A model generated the notes under the pieces. That model ran no database searches. It was given only the letters and a program-made list of their open reading frames with translations, and was not told the origin of the DNA. A program made the translations under genes and the position numbers. Shown piece by piece: positions 28,317-38,911 of a stretch of 64,000 nucleotides of DNA. The stretch's first letter is position 1. Each line of letters starts with the position of its first letter. The DNA is from Longimicrobiales bacterium (GTDB lineage: Bacteria > Gemmatimonadota > Gemmatimonadetes > Longimicrobiales > Gaopeijiaceae), in NCBI GenBank assembly GCA_965249725.1, contig OZ252251.1:32001-96000 (forward strand), written 5' to 3'.

Positions 28317-29696
28317 CGAAACTCCTGATCTTCGCGCAGGCCGGGAGTGCGTCGGAGGCATTGGCCGCTCTGGGCGAGGGGGTGGAGGTAGTAGGGGTCT
28401 CCGGCCTTGCCGAGATCTCCGCGCGCGACCGACCGGCGGTGCTGGTCCTCTCCGACGACCTCTGCGAGACGGGTGATGTGGGGTCCGTGCCGAGTCATGT
28501 GACCATTCTGGCCGACGGCACCAGCGCGAGGGAGGCCGCCGACGCGGCCGGTCGCCTCTTTCTCGGATTGGATGACCTGAGTAGTGACGAGGCGCGTTAC
28601 CGCGCGGTCCGCTCGGCCATGCGGGCTTCGGCGAACGACCTGGCAAGAAGGAGAGCGGACGCGCAGCTGAGCCAAGTCCATGGGGACCTGAGGGAGCTGA
28701 ACAAGGTCGGCATGGCCCTCATGAGCGAACGCGATCCCGACTCGCTGCTCGGCATGATCCTCACACAGGCCCGACGGCTGACCAACAGCGACGCCGGCAG
28801 CCTGTACCTGGTCGAAGAGGGGGAGGACGGGGAGCAGACGCTTCACTTCTTGCGAGCCCAGAACGCCTCCCTTCCCGATCTGCCCACCCCGGACTTCTCG
28901 TTGCCTTTCGACGAGACCAGCGTGGCGGGCTTCACGGCACTGCACGGCGACCCGCTCGTCATCGACGACGCCTACGAGATTCCCGACTCCGAGCCCTACT
29001 CTTTCAACCGTGGGTTCGACGAGGAGGTAGGATACCGGGCCAAGTCGATGCTGGTCGTTCCCATGAAGGACCACCGGGACTCGGTCGTGGGCGTACTTCA
29101 GCTCATCAACCGGAAATCGGACGTACTGGCCGTTATCAGTGACGAAGCCTCCGCGGAGGAGCACGTGCTCCCGTATGAAACCCGAGAGGTGGAGCTGGTT
29201 CAGTCTCTTGCTGGACAGGCCGCCGTGTCCATCGAGAACGGGCAGCTCTATCGCGACATCGAGCACCTGTTCGAAGGATTCATCAAGGCGGCGGTCATCG
29301 CGATCGACCAGAGGGATCCCACCACTTCGGGACACTCGGTGCGCGTGGCCACCCTGACCTGCGACATCGCCGAGGTGGCCGATGGTGCGGGAGAGGGCCC
29401 CTTCAAGGACACCTCCTTTACCCGGGAGCAGATGAAGGAGCTGCGCTACGCAGGACTCCTTCATGACTTCGGCAAGGTCGGAGTTCGCGAGAACGTCCTC
29501 GTGAAGTCCAAGAAGCTGCCCCCAGTGCTAGTCGAACGAATCGAGGCACGCTTCGACCTGATCCGGCGCACCCTCGAGTCGGACTTCCACCAGAAGAAGG
29601 CCGAACATCTTCTCGCTCACGGCAAGGACGGTTTCGAGGTACTCCAGCAAGGACTGGAGGAGGCGTACGAAAGCTCCCTCGAACAGCTGGACGATC
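28313..29696 (+). pseudogene. GAF plus HD-GYP phosphodiesterase, truncated near 29696
   Basis: GAF (DAGSLYL, SMLVVPM, GVLQLIN, QAAVSIEN); RDPTTSGHSVRVA and LLHDFGKVG. No HHE/GYP half; after EQLDD the frame reads as non-coding Arg/Gly-rich sequence. Confidence 0.8.
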
Positions 29697-30326
29697 TCGG
29701 AAGTGATGAACACGGTGCGGGCACAGTCCGCCGGATCGGTTTCGGATCAGGACCAGCTCGAGGCCATCTTCGACATGGAGAAGGGGCTCGTATTCCAGAT
29801 CCTGGACGTGCTCGGGGCCGCGCTGACTCCGGCAGAGCGCGAGGCCATCAACGAGAACCGGGCCGAGAGCATCCTGGCCTTCCTCGCTTACGGCGAGGGC
29901 CTGATGGCCATGGACCGAGGGGACTTCCAGGGAGCCTCCGACCTGTTCCAGCAGGCGGCGTCCATCGATCCGTCGTTCGATGCTGCGGCGTCGGCCACTA
30001 CCGAGGCCCAGAGCCTCGACGACGCTTCGACGACCAGCACCACGGAGATCCAGGACGCTTCGGCCGGAGAGACGGGGGCTGTGACCGGTGTCGCCGATGC
30101 AGGCGATATCGTTCCGACCGACAACCTGCTCCAGGAGACCTCGCAGGACGTGAACCCGAGCGCGACGTCTGCTGTCATCGACCAGGGCACGACGACGACG
30201 GCGGGAGACGAAAACCAACAGGCGGCAGAGCGCGACGCGACGCAGGCGGCCACGCAGCAGGAGGGCACTGCAGCCACCACCGCACGCGTCACGATCAGTG
30301 TGCGGCGGCCGGGAGGTGACCGATGA
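29694..30326 (+). pseudogene. 3' fragment of a CsgG/TolB-N plus TPR-like exported protein
   Basis: IFDMEKGLVFQIL...LTPAEREAI...AFLAYGEGL.AMDRGDF..A..LFQQAASIDPSF is a C-terminal motif. It starts mid-domain with no signal peptide or clear RBS. Confidence 0.6.
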
Positions 30327-31478
30327 GGACTCGACGCCACTCGCTGCTCACGCTGCTGGCCTTTGGTGCGGTGGGAGCCTTCGGCATGGAACAGCACGTC
30401 GCGGCCCAAGCCAATGCACAGAGCATCGGTGTCTCGGGCCATCTTCCAAGGCTACGATTTCGATAATTCGCTGGGCGTCGACGGGGCCCAGCTCCTCATG
30501 ACCCCGATCGCCTATCGTCTCCCGATAGGTGACAGGTTCTCGGCGGAACTGTTCGCCGCCTGGGCGGAAGGTCGGGTCCAACGAAACGGACAGGTCTCGA
30601 CTCTCAGCGGTCCCGTGGACACCAGAGTGCACATGGGGTACCGGGTCTCGTCCAAGGCCATCGTGACGGTGAGCGTCAATCTGCCCACCGGCAACGTCAC
30701 GCACGACTCTGAAGAGGCCGTGGTGGCCTCCGTCCTGTCGTCCGACATCCTCGGCTTCCGGGAGTCGAACTGGGGCACCGGAGCCTACGTCACGACCGGC
30801 CTTGCCACCGCGCAGCGGTTCGGCACCTGGGGTGTGGGCCTAGGCCTGAGCTATCGAGCGGCGGACGGATTCGAGCCGCGATCCGATACGAGCCTGACCT
30901 ACTCGCCCGGCAACGAGCTTCGGGCCAGGCTCGGTGTGGACCGCAACGTGGGTGAGACGGGCAAGTTCACCGCGGGTTTCACGCTGCAGTCCTTCGCCTC
31001 GGACGAGTTCGGCGGACGCAACCTCTTCCAGTCCGGCAATCGGGTGAGGGTCGACGCCGCCTATTCCTTCCGTGCCGGAAGTACTACCTGGAGCATCTCG
31101 GCCGCAGACGTGTGGCGCGCCGAGGGTGACTTGAGCCTGCAGATCATCAACTCCAGCGGTGCCGCGGTAGGAGACTCTATTGTCGCCACCAATACGCAGA
31201 ACCTCATCTTCGCGAGCCTCAACGGTGCCATCCCCATCGGTTCGACCATCTACCTGCGGCCGGTCATCGACTTCCGATTCCAGCAGATCGGCACGTCGCC
31301 CGGAGAGGTGGACATCGGTGGCAACTGGATAGCGGGTGGAGGCTTCAGCATACCCATACGACTCCTGGGGGTGGACGTCTTCCCCCGGGTTAAGGTGAAT
31401 GTGGGGCGCCTCAAGGCCGCGGACGGTACTACTCATGGGGCTTTGGGAGTAGAAGCGTCCGGGACCGTGCGATTCTAG
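30323..31478 (+). pseudogene. Probable outer-membrane beta-barrel protein with a +1 frameshift near 30436
   Basis: ATG 30323 (GGAGG RBS) gives the signal peptide MRTRRHSLLTLLAFGAVG but stops at 30466. The body, with amphipathic strands and a terminal Phe, is in the 30363..31478 frame. Confidence 0.7.
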
Positions 31479-31513
31479 CGACGATTTCGCATTCGAGCGG
31501 TCGTGCGACCGCG

Positions 31514-31549
31514 GACGCGCCCGACGTTCAGTCGGGCGCGTCTTTTCTT
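31514..31549 (+). terminator. Intrinsic terminator
   Basis: GACGCGCCCGAC-GTTCA-GTCGGGCGCGTC followed by TTTTCTT. Confidence 0.85.
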
Positions 31550-31575
31550 GTGGAGAGCACACCGGAGCTACTGTC

Positions 31576-32661
31576 GTGAAGATCGCCATCAACACGGGAG
31601 GAGGAGACGCCCCAGGCCTCAACGCGGTCATCCGGGCCGTGGTTCTATCGGCGATCAACCTCGGCTGGGAAGTATACGGCATCCGCGACGGATATCAGGG
31701 GCTGTTCGAGGATGACGGCGTGGTGCCCCTGACCAACGACACCGTCCGTGGCATCACCCATCTCGGCGGTACGATCCTCGGCACCACCAACCGGGGCAAC
31801 CCGCTGGAGTGGCCCGTGGAGCAGGCGGACGGATCGGTCGAGTTGATGGACCGCTCCGATGAGGTCATCGAGGAGTTCAGCCGTCGGGGACTGGACGCCC
31901 TCATCGCCATCGGCGGGGACGGCTCCCTCAGCATCGCGTCGGTGCTGGCCGAAAAGGGACTCTCGGTCGTGGGAGTGCCCAAGACGATCGACAACGACCT
32001 CGCGGCCACCCAGGTGACGTTCGGATTCCACACGGCCGTGGCCACGGCGACCGATGCCATCGGTAAGCTCCACTCCACCGCCGAAGCCCATGGCCGAGTC
32101 ATGGTGGTGGAGCTCATGGGACGGAACGCCGGTTGGATCACTCTGTTCGCCGGCGTCGCGGGTACGGCCGATGTGATCCTCATTCCTGAGATCCCCTACA
32201 GTTTCGAGACGTTGTGCGCCAAGATCGAGGATCGGTACCGGGACCGGCACGGGTTCGCCATCGTCGTCGCCGCCGAGGGGGCGGCAGAAGCGGGGGGTAC
32301 TCAGACCTTCCAGGAGCCCGGCCGTACCGGCGGCTCGCCACGCCTCGGTGGCATCGCCGAGCGGCTCGCCGCTCAGATCGAGGAGCGCACGGGCCACGAG
32401 AGTCGATCGCTCGTTCTCGGTCACCTCCAGCGGGGTGGAGAACCCAGCGCCTACGACCGCCTCCTGGCGCTCCGCTTCGGATCGGCGGCCGTGGAACTCG
32501 TCCGGGACCAGTGCTTCGGCTGCATGGTGGCCCTCGATCCGCCCAACGTCTTGGCTGTCCCCCTGAGCGAGGCCATCACGCAGGTGAAGCTGGTGCCCAC
32601 CGACGGCGACGTCGTTCGAACCGCACGCAACTTGGGGATCTCCTTCGGCGACGAGAGCTAG
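31576..32661 (+). CDS. pfkA: 6-phosphofructokinase (PfkA family)
   Basis: GGGDAPGLN, GGTILGT, IGGDGS, PKTIDND, ELMGR, LGHLQRGG. Confidence 0.93.
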   Translation: MKIAINTGGGDAPGLNAVIRAVVLSAINLGWEVYGIRDGYQGLFEDDGVVPLTNDTVRGITHLGGTILGTTNRGNPLEWPVEQADGSVELMDRSDEVIEEFSRRGLDALIAIGGDGSLSIASVLAEKGLSVVGVPKTIDNDLAATQVTFGFHTAVATATDAIGKLHSTAEAHGRVMVVELMGRNAGWITLFAGVAGTADVILIPEIPYSFETLCAKIEDRYRDRHGFAIVVAAEGAAEAGGTQTFQEPGRTGGSPRLGGIAERLAAQIEERTGHESRSLVLGHLQRGGEPSAYDRLLALRFGSAAVELVRDQCFGCMVALDPPNVLAVPLSEAITQVKLVPTDGDVVRTARNLGISFGDES

Positions 32662-32679
32662 CCACCGGCCGGGAGAAGA

Positions 32680-34365
32680 CTAACCGGCGGCGGGGCTCGA
32701 CCTCGTCAAACTCATGACCGTCCCGATGGCGAGCACCGTGAGCGCGCCCACGACGTTGTAGTAGAGCCACGAAATATCCGTGGTGATCGATACGACGAAC
32801 ACGGCCAACATGCCTCCGAGCAATCCCCAGAAGGCGCCGTTGCCGTCGGCCCGCTTCACCATGAAGGCGAGCAGGAAGACTCCCAGAAGCGATCCGTAAA
32901 AGAACGAACCCACCTGGTTCACAGCCTCGAGCAGCGATCCCAACCGGCCGGCGTAGAGAGCGACGCCGCACGCGAACAACCCCCAGAACAGCGTGGTGGC
33001 GCGGGAGACCATCAGGTAATGCTCCTCCGACGCACCCACGCGGAAGTGTCGCCTGTAGAAGTCGATCACCGTGGCACTGGACAATGCCGTGAGCTCGGAG
33101 TCGAGAGACGACATCGCCGCGGCGAAGATGACCGCGATCATGAGCCCAAGGATGCCCGCCGGCACATATTGGATGAGGTAGGACGGGAAGACGTAGTTCA
33201 CGTCGTTCGAGGAGGCCCCTCGGACCTCGGATACGATCGACTTGGCTTCTCTACGCAGCCCCGCGAGCTGTCCGTCGTACTCTCCGATGCTCTCCTGGAT
33301 GCCGAGCAGGTCTTGGCCCTCGCGCCGGGCCTCGAGCAGGCCGAGCGTGGCCTCCCTGCGAAGGGAATGAACGACCCCGTGCTCCTCCTCCAGCCGCCTG
33401 AACTCATCACCGCTCTGACTCTCGTGCGCCATGGTCACCTCGGCCGAATTGAAGAGCAGAGGTGGGCGCTCGAAATGATAGAAGACGAAGAGCAGGACGC
33501 CGATCGCCAAGATCGCGAACTGCATCGGCACCTTTAGAAACGCGTTGAAGATGAGCGACAAACGGCTGGACTTGAGCGAGTCGGCCGTCAGATACCGCTG
33601 AACCTGGCTCTGGTCGCACCCGAAGTACGCGAGGGCAAGGAAGAACCCGCCGATCATGCCCGACCAGATCGTATAGGTGTTCGTGGGATCCCAGGACCAA
33701 TCGATGCTCGACCACATGTCCTGAATGCCACCTATGTAGACGACATCGGCCACGCCGACCTCTGCCGGGAGGGTTCCGAACAGAATCACCAGTGCCGCCC
33801 CGATCCCCACGAACATCATCAGCATCTGAATCACGTCGGTCCAGATAACGGCGGTGATTCCGCCCACCATGGTATAGGCGATGGTGACCGCCCCCATGAT
33901 GAGAATCGTGATCTTCTCGTCCCACCCCATGATGACCGACAGGACGATGGCGGGAGCATATAGCACGATGCCGGCTGCCAGTCCTCGCGAAACGAGGAAG
34001 AGGAAGCTGCTCAGCGAGCGGGTCTTAGCGTCGAATCGCCTCTCGAGGTACTCATAGGCGGTAAAGACCTTGGAACGGTAGAAGAATGGCACGAAGATCA
34101 GGCACAAGAGCACCATGACGAACGGCTGCGGCAGATACACCTGAATGAACTCCATGCCGTCATCGAAGGCCTGACCGGTGGTTCCGATGAAGGTGATGGC
34201 ACTGGCCTGAGTCGCCATGACCGAGAGGCCGACGGCCGCCCATGGGAGACTCCGGTTCGCAAGGAAGAACCCCTCTACGCCAACGTTCTTGCGGCTCTGA
34301 TAGAGTGCGAATCCCACGACGGCGCCGAAGTAGACGACGAAGACTGCCCAATCCAGGCCGGTCAC
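32680..34365 (-). CDS. Sodium:solute symporter
   Basis: ATQASAITFIG, TAYEYLERRF, VIWTD, DQSQVQRYL, AAMSSLDSEL. Confidence 0.92.
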   Translation of the reverse strand: MTGLDWAVFVVYFGAVVGFALYQSRKNVGVEGFFLANRSLPWAAVGLSVMATQASAITFIGTTGQAFDDGMEFIQVYLPQPFVMVLLCLIFVPFFYRSKVFTAYEYLERRFDAKTRSLSSFLFLVSRGLAAGIVLYAPAIVLSVIMGWDEKITILIMGAVTIAYTMVGGITAVIWTDVIQMLMMFVGIGAALVILFGTLPAEVGVADVVYIGGIQDMWSSIDWSWDPTNTYTIWSGMIGGFFLALAYFGCDQSQVQRYLTADSLKSSRLSLIFNAFLKVPMQFAILAIGVLLFVFYHFERPPLLFNSAEVTMAHESQSGDEFRRLEEEHGVVHSLRREATLGLLEARREGQDLLGIQESIGEYDGQLAGLRREAKSIVSEVRGASSNDVNYVFPSYLIQYVPAGILGLMIAVIFAAAMSSLDSELTALSSATVIDFYRRHFRVGASEEHYLMVSRATTLFWGLFACGVALYAGRLGSLLEAVNQVGSFFYGSLLGVFLLAFMVKRADGNGAFWGLLGGMLAVFVVSITTDISWLYYNVVGALTVLAIGTVMSLTRSSPAAG

Positions 34366-34541
34366 GGAGTGCCGAAGTCGAAGGTGACCGTGAAGATGTG
34401 CAACAAGACGATCAATGCGGTGGAGTAGATCAGGACGGCGCCGTACAACCAGCCCCAGCTCGGGAATATGCCGATCGGTCCGCCCTCGTCGTCGTCTCCA
34501 CTCTCGGCGCTATGCCCCAGGTATTCGTCAACGTTTGCCAT
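34362..34541 (-). CDS. Small single-TM protein coupled to the symporter
   Basis: FPSWGWLYGAVLIY...; its stop overlaps the symporter start. Confidence 0.65.
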   Translation of the reverse strand: MANVDEYLGHSAESGDDDEGGPIGIFPSWGWLYGAVLIYSTALIVLLHIFTVTFDFGTP

Positions 34542-34543
34542 GG

Positions 34544-37237
34544 CTACCGCGATCCTCCAGTCGCTGTCCACTCGTCCGCATCGAGCGAGACCAGATTGGC
34601 GAAGAGCCGGTAGGCGCCCGGCACTCCAGCGGGAAACTGCCTGAAGAAGGAGAGGGCTACATAGGCATAGAGCCCCTCTCCCAGTCGAGCGACCAGCAGC
34701 GACCCGTGCGTGGGTTCCTCACCGGGGTCGCGGAGCTCCAGTAGGGGAGTAAAGCGCTCATCCCACTCACTCAGAAAGTAGAGGCCGCGTTCCTGAACCC
34801 ACCCTGAGAAGTCCGCTTCCGTGATGCGGTTCGGCGAATTGAATACCGGCGACCCGGGATCGAGCATCGCGAAAGGCGAGTTCTCGTCGGTCACACGAGG
34901 AGCAGACCGATTCCCCATACTCACGGGATAAGGAGCGAAGCCACCCCGGGGATACTCGAACTTGTTGTACTGCACGATCACAGTGCCCCCGGCACGGGCG
35001 AACTCCAGGATCTGGTCGTTGGCCCCTGAGACGTCTGGGCGAGTCTCGTATACCCGTATTCCGAGCACCAGCACATCGTAGGCGGAGAAGTCGCCCCCAC
35101 GAACGCGTTCGATGGTCACCTCCTCCGCGTCGACGCCCATCTGCTGCAGCGCTTCCAGGCCGTCGTCGCCCGAACCCATGACGTATCCGACCTTGATGCC
35201 CGCCGCCACGGTGACCGGTAGGATCGAGGCCCGCATCTCGGCGGGTTCCATGTAAAGCGTCCGCTCGATGTGTGGATAGTCTATGATGTCGACGCGCTCG
35301 TCGAAGCGCGTTCCGTCGTCGCGGATCGCCACCGCGCGGAATACGTGGGCACCCGCATCCACATCGCGACCGGGCTCCACAGTGAACGTGAACCCTCGGC
35401 TCGAGCCTTCCACGTCCATGGTGAAAGGGATGCTCGCCGGCATGACGCTCCACCCCTCAGGCGCCTGGAGCACAACGCTGCCCGACGTTCCGGAGCGCGA
35501 GTCGTTGCGGACGAGCACCGTCACCTCCCGCGCTTCGCTCGATCCCTGTGGCCACGCCATGCCCCTCGGCTCCATGCCCACCGACAGGGCCGGTGTCGCC
35601 AGAACCGGAGCGCGGTACTCACCCGTGGCCTTGTCCACACCCACGTATCGAGCGCGACTCCCCCAGACCAGGTGCACGGGTGCATCGATCCCCGGTATGT
35701 GAAGACTGAACTCGCCCGCGGCGCTGAGGAGCGCCCTCCAGTTCCGTGGAAGGCTCTCCGATCCGTTGGTGTCCGACCACTGGTACATATCCCCCTGCCG
35801 GGGCGCCTCGAGGTAGTACAGGCGCGACGCGGGCAGATCCTGATCCAGGTGCACACGGTAGCTCCAACTCGCCATCTCCCCCGATTCCAGCTCCTGGGGC
35901 GCGAGAGTCTGCCCGTCGAGATCGGCGAATTCTGCCGATCCTCCAGCCCACTCACCCGGCCCCGCGGCCTGGATCACGGCTCCGTCGACGCGGAACGGCC
36001 CGCCATTCCAGACGCGCACCTCCAAATCGAGGTCCTGACCGGCCGTCACGAGATCGTCATTCGCCCTCACATCGACGACGATGGAGGCGGCCTTCATGAG
36101 TGCCCAGCGGACCTGGGCCGCACGCATGGCAATAGGCTCGCCAAGCTCCGACCCGACCTCCTCCATGTCGCGCATGAGCCCGAACGTGGCCTCCAGGTGG
36201 CGGTAGGCCAGAGCCAACGGAGCTGCCGCGCGCTCGGGCCTGAGGGCGTCCAGGGACTCGGCAGCATCCTGTATCGCAGTCCGGTAGGCCCTGAGATGCT
36301 CCCGCATGGGAGCGGCCGAGCCTTCGGGCAAGCCGTTCGTAAGCCCGGCTAGCGTCGTGTCGACGCCGGCGAAGATGCCATCGTCACCCGCAGGTTCCTG
36401 TACATGACTCACCACTAGGCGCAACCCGGCGTCACGTGGGCCCAGGGGCTGAGGGGCCCCCATGTCTTGCGACCGGTGCTGGCTCCTGCTCTCCATCGAC
36501 AACTGGAGGTAGGATCGCCCGAGGAGCGGGTCGAAGGTGCCGGTGGGCACGGTCACAGGGGGCGGATCAGGACTGCGCCGAACGGAGTGGTACAGCTTCT
36601 GGGTCCGCCACGCCTGGCCGGCTCCCCCCGGAAGGTCCGTGAATCGCGACGGATCGTTGGCCGCCTCGAAAGCCTCGCCAACGAGAATGCCGCTGGCCTG
36701 ATGCTGCCCGTGCCCGTCGCGCGGAGTGCCGCTCCAGACCGAGACGATCACCTGGGGCCGGAACGTACGGATCACCCAGACGATGTCGCGCAACACCTCG
36801 TCCCGGGGCCAGTGGGCGAAGGCCTCGTCCGCACTCTTGGAGAATCCGTAATCATACGCCCGCGTGAAGAACTGCCTCCCGCCATCCAACTCGCGGGCCG
36901 CCTCGAGCTCTCCCGTCCGGATGATGCCCAGGCCCTCACCCAGCTCGGGGCCGATCAGGTTCTGTCCGCCGTCACCACGGGTCAAAGACAGGTAGGCCGT
37001 CTCGACCCCCATGCCCCGTGCGAGGGCCGTGAGAAGCCCCGTATCCTCGTCGTCGGGGTGAGCTCCGATCATGAGCACTCGCTTGACGCCGTCGAGCCTC
37101 CGAAGCGTGAGCGCCGCCTCCACGACCCCACTCCCCTCCGGCCCGATCTGAGCCGCCAAAGGCGCGGCCCCGAGCATCAACGCAACCAACGCGACGGTCA
37201 GCACGACCCCAAAACTCCCCTTCTCTGTTGTCGTCAT
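34544..37237 (-). CDS. Exported PIG-L/LmbE-family deacetylase with NEW3 and GATase-like domains
   Basis: AHPDDED, TRGDGGQN, HGQHQAS, APEGWSV, GWVQERGLYF. Confidence 0.9.
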   Translation of the reverse strand: MTTTEKGSFGVVLTVALVALMLGAAPLAAQIGPEGSGVVEAALTLRRLDGVKRVLMIGAHPDDEDTGLLTALARGMGVETAYLSLTRGDGGQNLIGPELGEGLGIIRTGELEAARELDGGRQFFTRAYDYGFSKSADEAFAHWPRDEVLRDIVWVIRTFRPQVIVSVWSGTPRDGHGQHQASGILVGEAFEAANDPSRFTDLPGGAGQAWRTQKLYHSVRRSPDPPPVTVPTGTFDPLLGRSYLQLSMESRSQHRSQDMGAPQPLGPRDAGLRLVVSHVQEPAGDDGIFAGVDTTLAGLTNGLPEGSAAPMREHLRAYRTAIQDAAESLDALRPERAAAPLALAYRHLEATFGLMRDMEEVGSELGEPIAMRAAQVRWALMKAASIVVDVRANDDLVTAGQDLDLEVRVWNGGPFRVDGAVIQAAGPGEWAGGSAEFADLDGQTLAPQELESGEMASWSYRVHLDQDLPASRLYYLEAPRQGDMYQWSDTNGSESLPRNWRALLSAAGEFSLHIPGIDAPVHLVWGSRARYVGVDKATGEYRAPVLATPALSVGMEPRGMAWPQGSSEAREVTVLVRNDSRSGTSGSVVLQAPEGWSVMPASIPFTMDVEGSSRGFTFTVEPGRDVDAGAHVFRAVAIRDDGTRFDERVDIIDYPHIERTLYMEPAEMRASILPVTVAAGIKVGYVMGSGDDGLEALQQMGVDAEEVTIERVRGGDFSAYDVLVLGIRVYETRPDVSGANDQILEFARAGGTVIVQYNKFEYPRGGFAPYPVSMGNRSAPRVTDENSPFAMLDPGSPVFNSPNRITEADFSGWVQERGLYFLSEWDERFTPLLELRDPGEEPTHGSLLVARLGEGLYAYVALSFFRQFPAGVPGAYRLFANLVSLDADEWTATGGSR

Positions 37238-37415
37238 GGGTACGAACCTACCTCCCGCCCGGGATACACGAAAACCACTTCAGTGACTACCTACTCGCGC
37301 CGGGGCATCGAAGTGCCGTGCCGCCCTCGGCCATCCGGGCTGCTTGTCCGAAGTTCGCAGTCGCGGATATGTTGGGCCGGACTCGAAAAGACCTACCTAC
37401 CCCGGAGGGTAATCC

Positions 37416-38831
37416 ATGAATCAGCCCCGCGACCAGTGGAGCTCCAACCTGGGCCTCATCCTGGCGGCTACCGGCAGCGCTATCGGTCTAGGCAACCTCT
37501 GGAAATTCCCGTTCATCACTTGGGAAAACCGCGGTGGGGCCTTCGTGCTCGTCTACCTGCTCTGCATCGCTGCGGTGGGTCTGCCGATCATGATGGCCGA
37601 GCTACTGATCGGCCGTAAGACGCAGAAGAGCGTGGTCGGCGCGCTGAAGGATGCGATCGGCCCGGCATGGGGACTCCTGGGACTCTGGGGGGTGCTGTGC
37701 GGATTCGTGCTGCTCAGCTACTACACGGTGATCGCGGGCTGGTCGCTCTTTTACTTCTCGAAAACGGCCTCGTGGATGGTCAGCGGATTCCCGACAGGCG
37801 AGTCCATGGGAGATCTCTTCGGCGCACAGGCCGGGAATGGACCACTGCAGCTCGGGCTTTCCATAGCCTTCAGCATCGCGACGGTGTCCATCGTGTACTT
37901 CGGCGTGCAGAAGGGGATCGAGCGTATCGCTCGGCTCTTCCTTCCTATCCTCTTCGGGATTCTGACCCTGTTGTTGGTCTCGGCCCTAGGAATGGACGGT
38001 TCGGGTGAGGCGCTCGCGTTCATCTTCCGACCCAACTTCAGTGAGCTCGAGCCGAGTGGAGTGCTCGAGGCTCTCGGACACTCGTTCTTCACGCTCTCGC
38101 TGGGCATGGGGGCGATGGTCACGTACGGGTCGTACATCGGACGGGAACAGTCCATCGTGAAGGCGTCGGCCGTGATCGTCGCACTCGACACGGTCATCGC
38201 CCTGGTCGCCACGATCATCATGTTCTCGGTGATCTTCAGCGTCCCGGGGATGGATCAAGAGGTTAGCGGCACGGGCACGGTGGGCATGCTCTTCATCTCG
38301 CTGCCCGAGCTCTTCTTCACCGAGGTTCCGTTCGGGGCGGTGCTGGGCCCGCTCTTCTACGTGCTCGTGGCCCTGGCCGCGCTGACCTCGACGATGTCGC
38401 TACTCGAGGTCGTGGCCGCCTACGTGATCGACGAGCACGGAATCGGACGACAGAAGGCGACGCTCCTGTGCGGCGGAACGGTCTTCCTTTTCACGATCCT
38501 TGCCGCCGTCTCCTTCGGGGCTGTGCCGGCCGTCACGAACCTCCAGCTCGGCGGAGCCGTGGGCGACCTGCTCTTCGGGGGGAAGGCAAGTTGGTTCGGC
38601 ATGGCCGACCACTTCGTGTCGAACTGGATGCTGCCCACTGGCGGTCTGGGCATAACCCTGGCCGCGGGCTGGTTCATGACCCGTCAGACCTCAGAGTCCG
38701 AGCTCTTGGACGGGACAGAGCCGGGGTGGTTCAACTACGGGGCGTGGCGGTTCTTCATCCGCTTCGTCGCCCCCGCCGCAGTGGCGGCGATCATCGTCGC
38801 CGTCCTTTTCTTCGGCGTCGACTTCTCGTAG
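37416..38831 (+). CDS. Sodium-dependent transporter (NSS/SNF family)
   Basis: GSAIGLGNLWKFP, GGAFVLVY, FFTLSLGMG. Confidence 0.93.
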   Translation: MNQPRDQWSSNLGLILAATGSAIGLGNLWKFPFITWENRGGAFVLVYLLCIAAVGLPIMMAELLIGRKTQKSVVGALKDAIGPAWGLLGLWGVLCGFVLLSYYTVIAGWSLFYFSKTASWMVSGFPTGESMGDLFGAQAGNGPLQLGLSIAFSIATVSIVYFGVQKGIERIARLFLPILFGILTLLLVSALGMDGSGEALAFIFRPNFSELEPSGVLEALGHSFFTLSLGMGAMVTYGSYIGREQSIVKASAVIVALDTVIALVATIIMFSVIFSVPGMDQEVSGTGTVGMLFISLPELFFTEVPFGAVLGPLFYVLVALAALTSTMSLLEVVAAYVIDEHGIGRQKATLLCGGTVFLFTILAAVSFGAVPAVTNLQLGGAVGDLLFGGKASWFGMADHFVSNWMLPTGGLGITLAAGWFMTRQTSESELLDGTEPGWFNYGAWRFFIRFVAPAAVAAIIVAVLFFGVDFS

Positions 38832-38840
38832 AACGAGAGC

Positions 38841-38868
38841 GGGGACGGCGGTTCGAGCCGCCGTCCCC
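38841..38868. terminator. GC-rich hairpin between convergent genes
   Basis: GGGGACGGCGG-TTCGAG-CCGCCGTCCCC; no clear U-tract. Confidence 0.55.
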
Positions 38869-38911
38869 CGATCGTCTTCATCCCGCCGCTTTCAGCCGCA
38901 GCTTCGTCAGC

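Noticed and set aside
29697..30319. C-terminal ~200 aa of the 668-aa ORF as a novel domain
   Set aside because: It is an Arg/Gly/His-rich off-frame reading of the overlapping TPR-like fragment.
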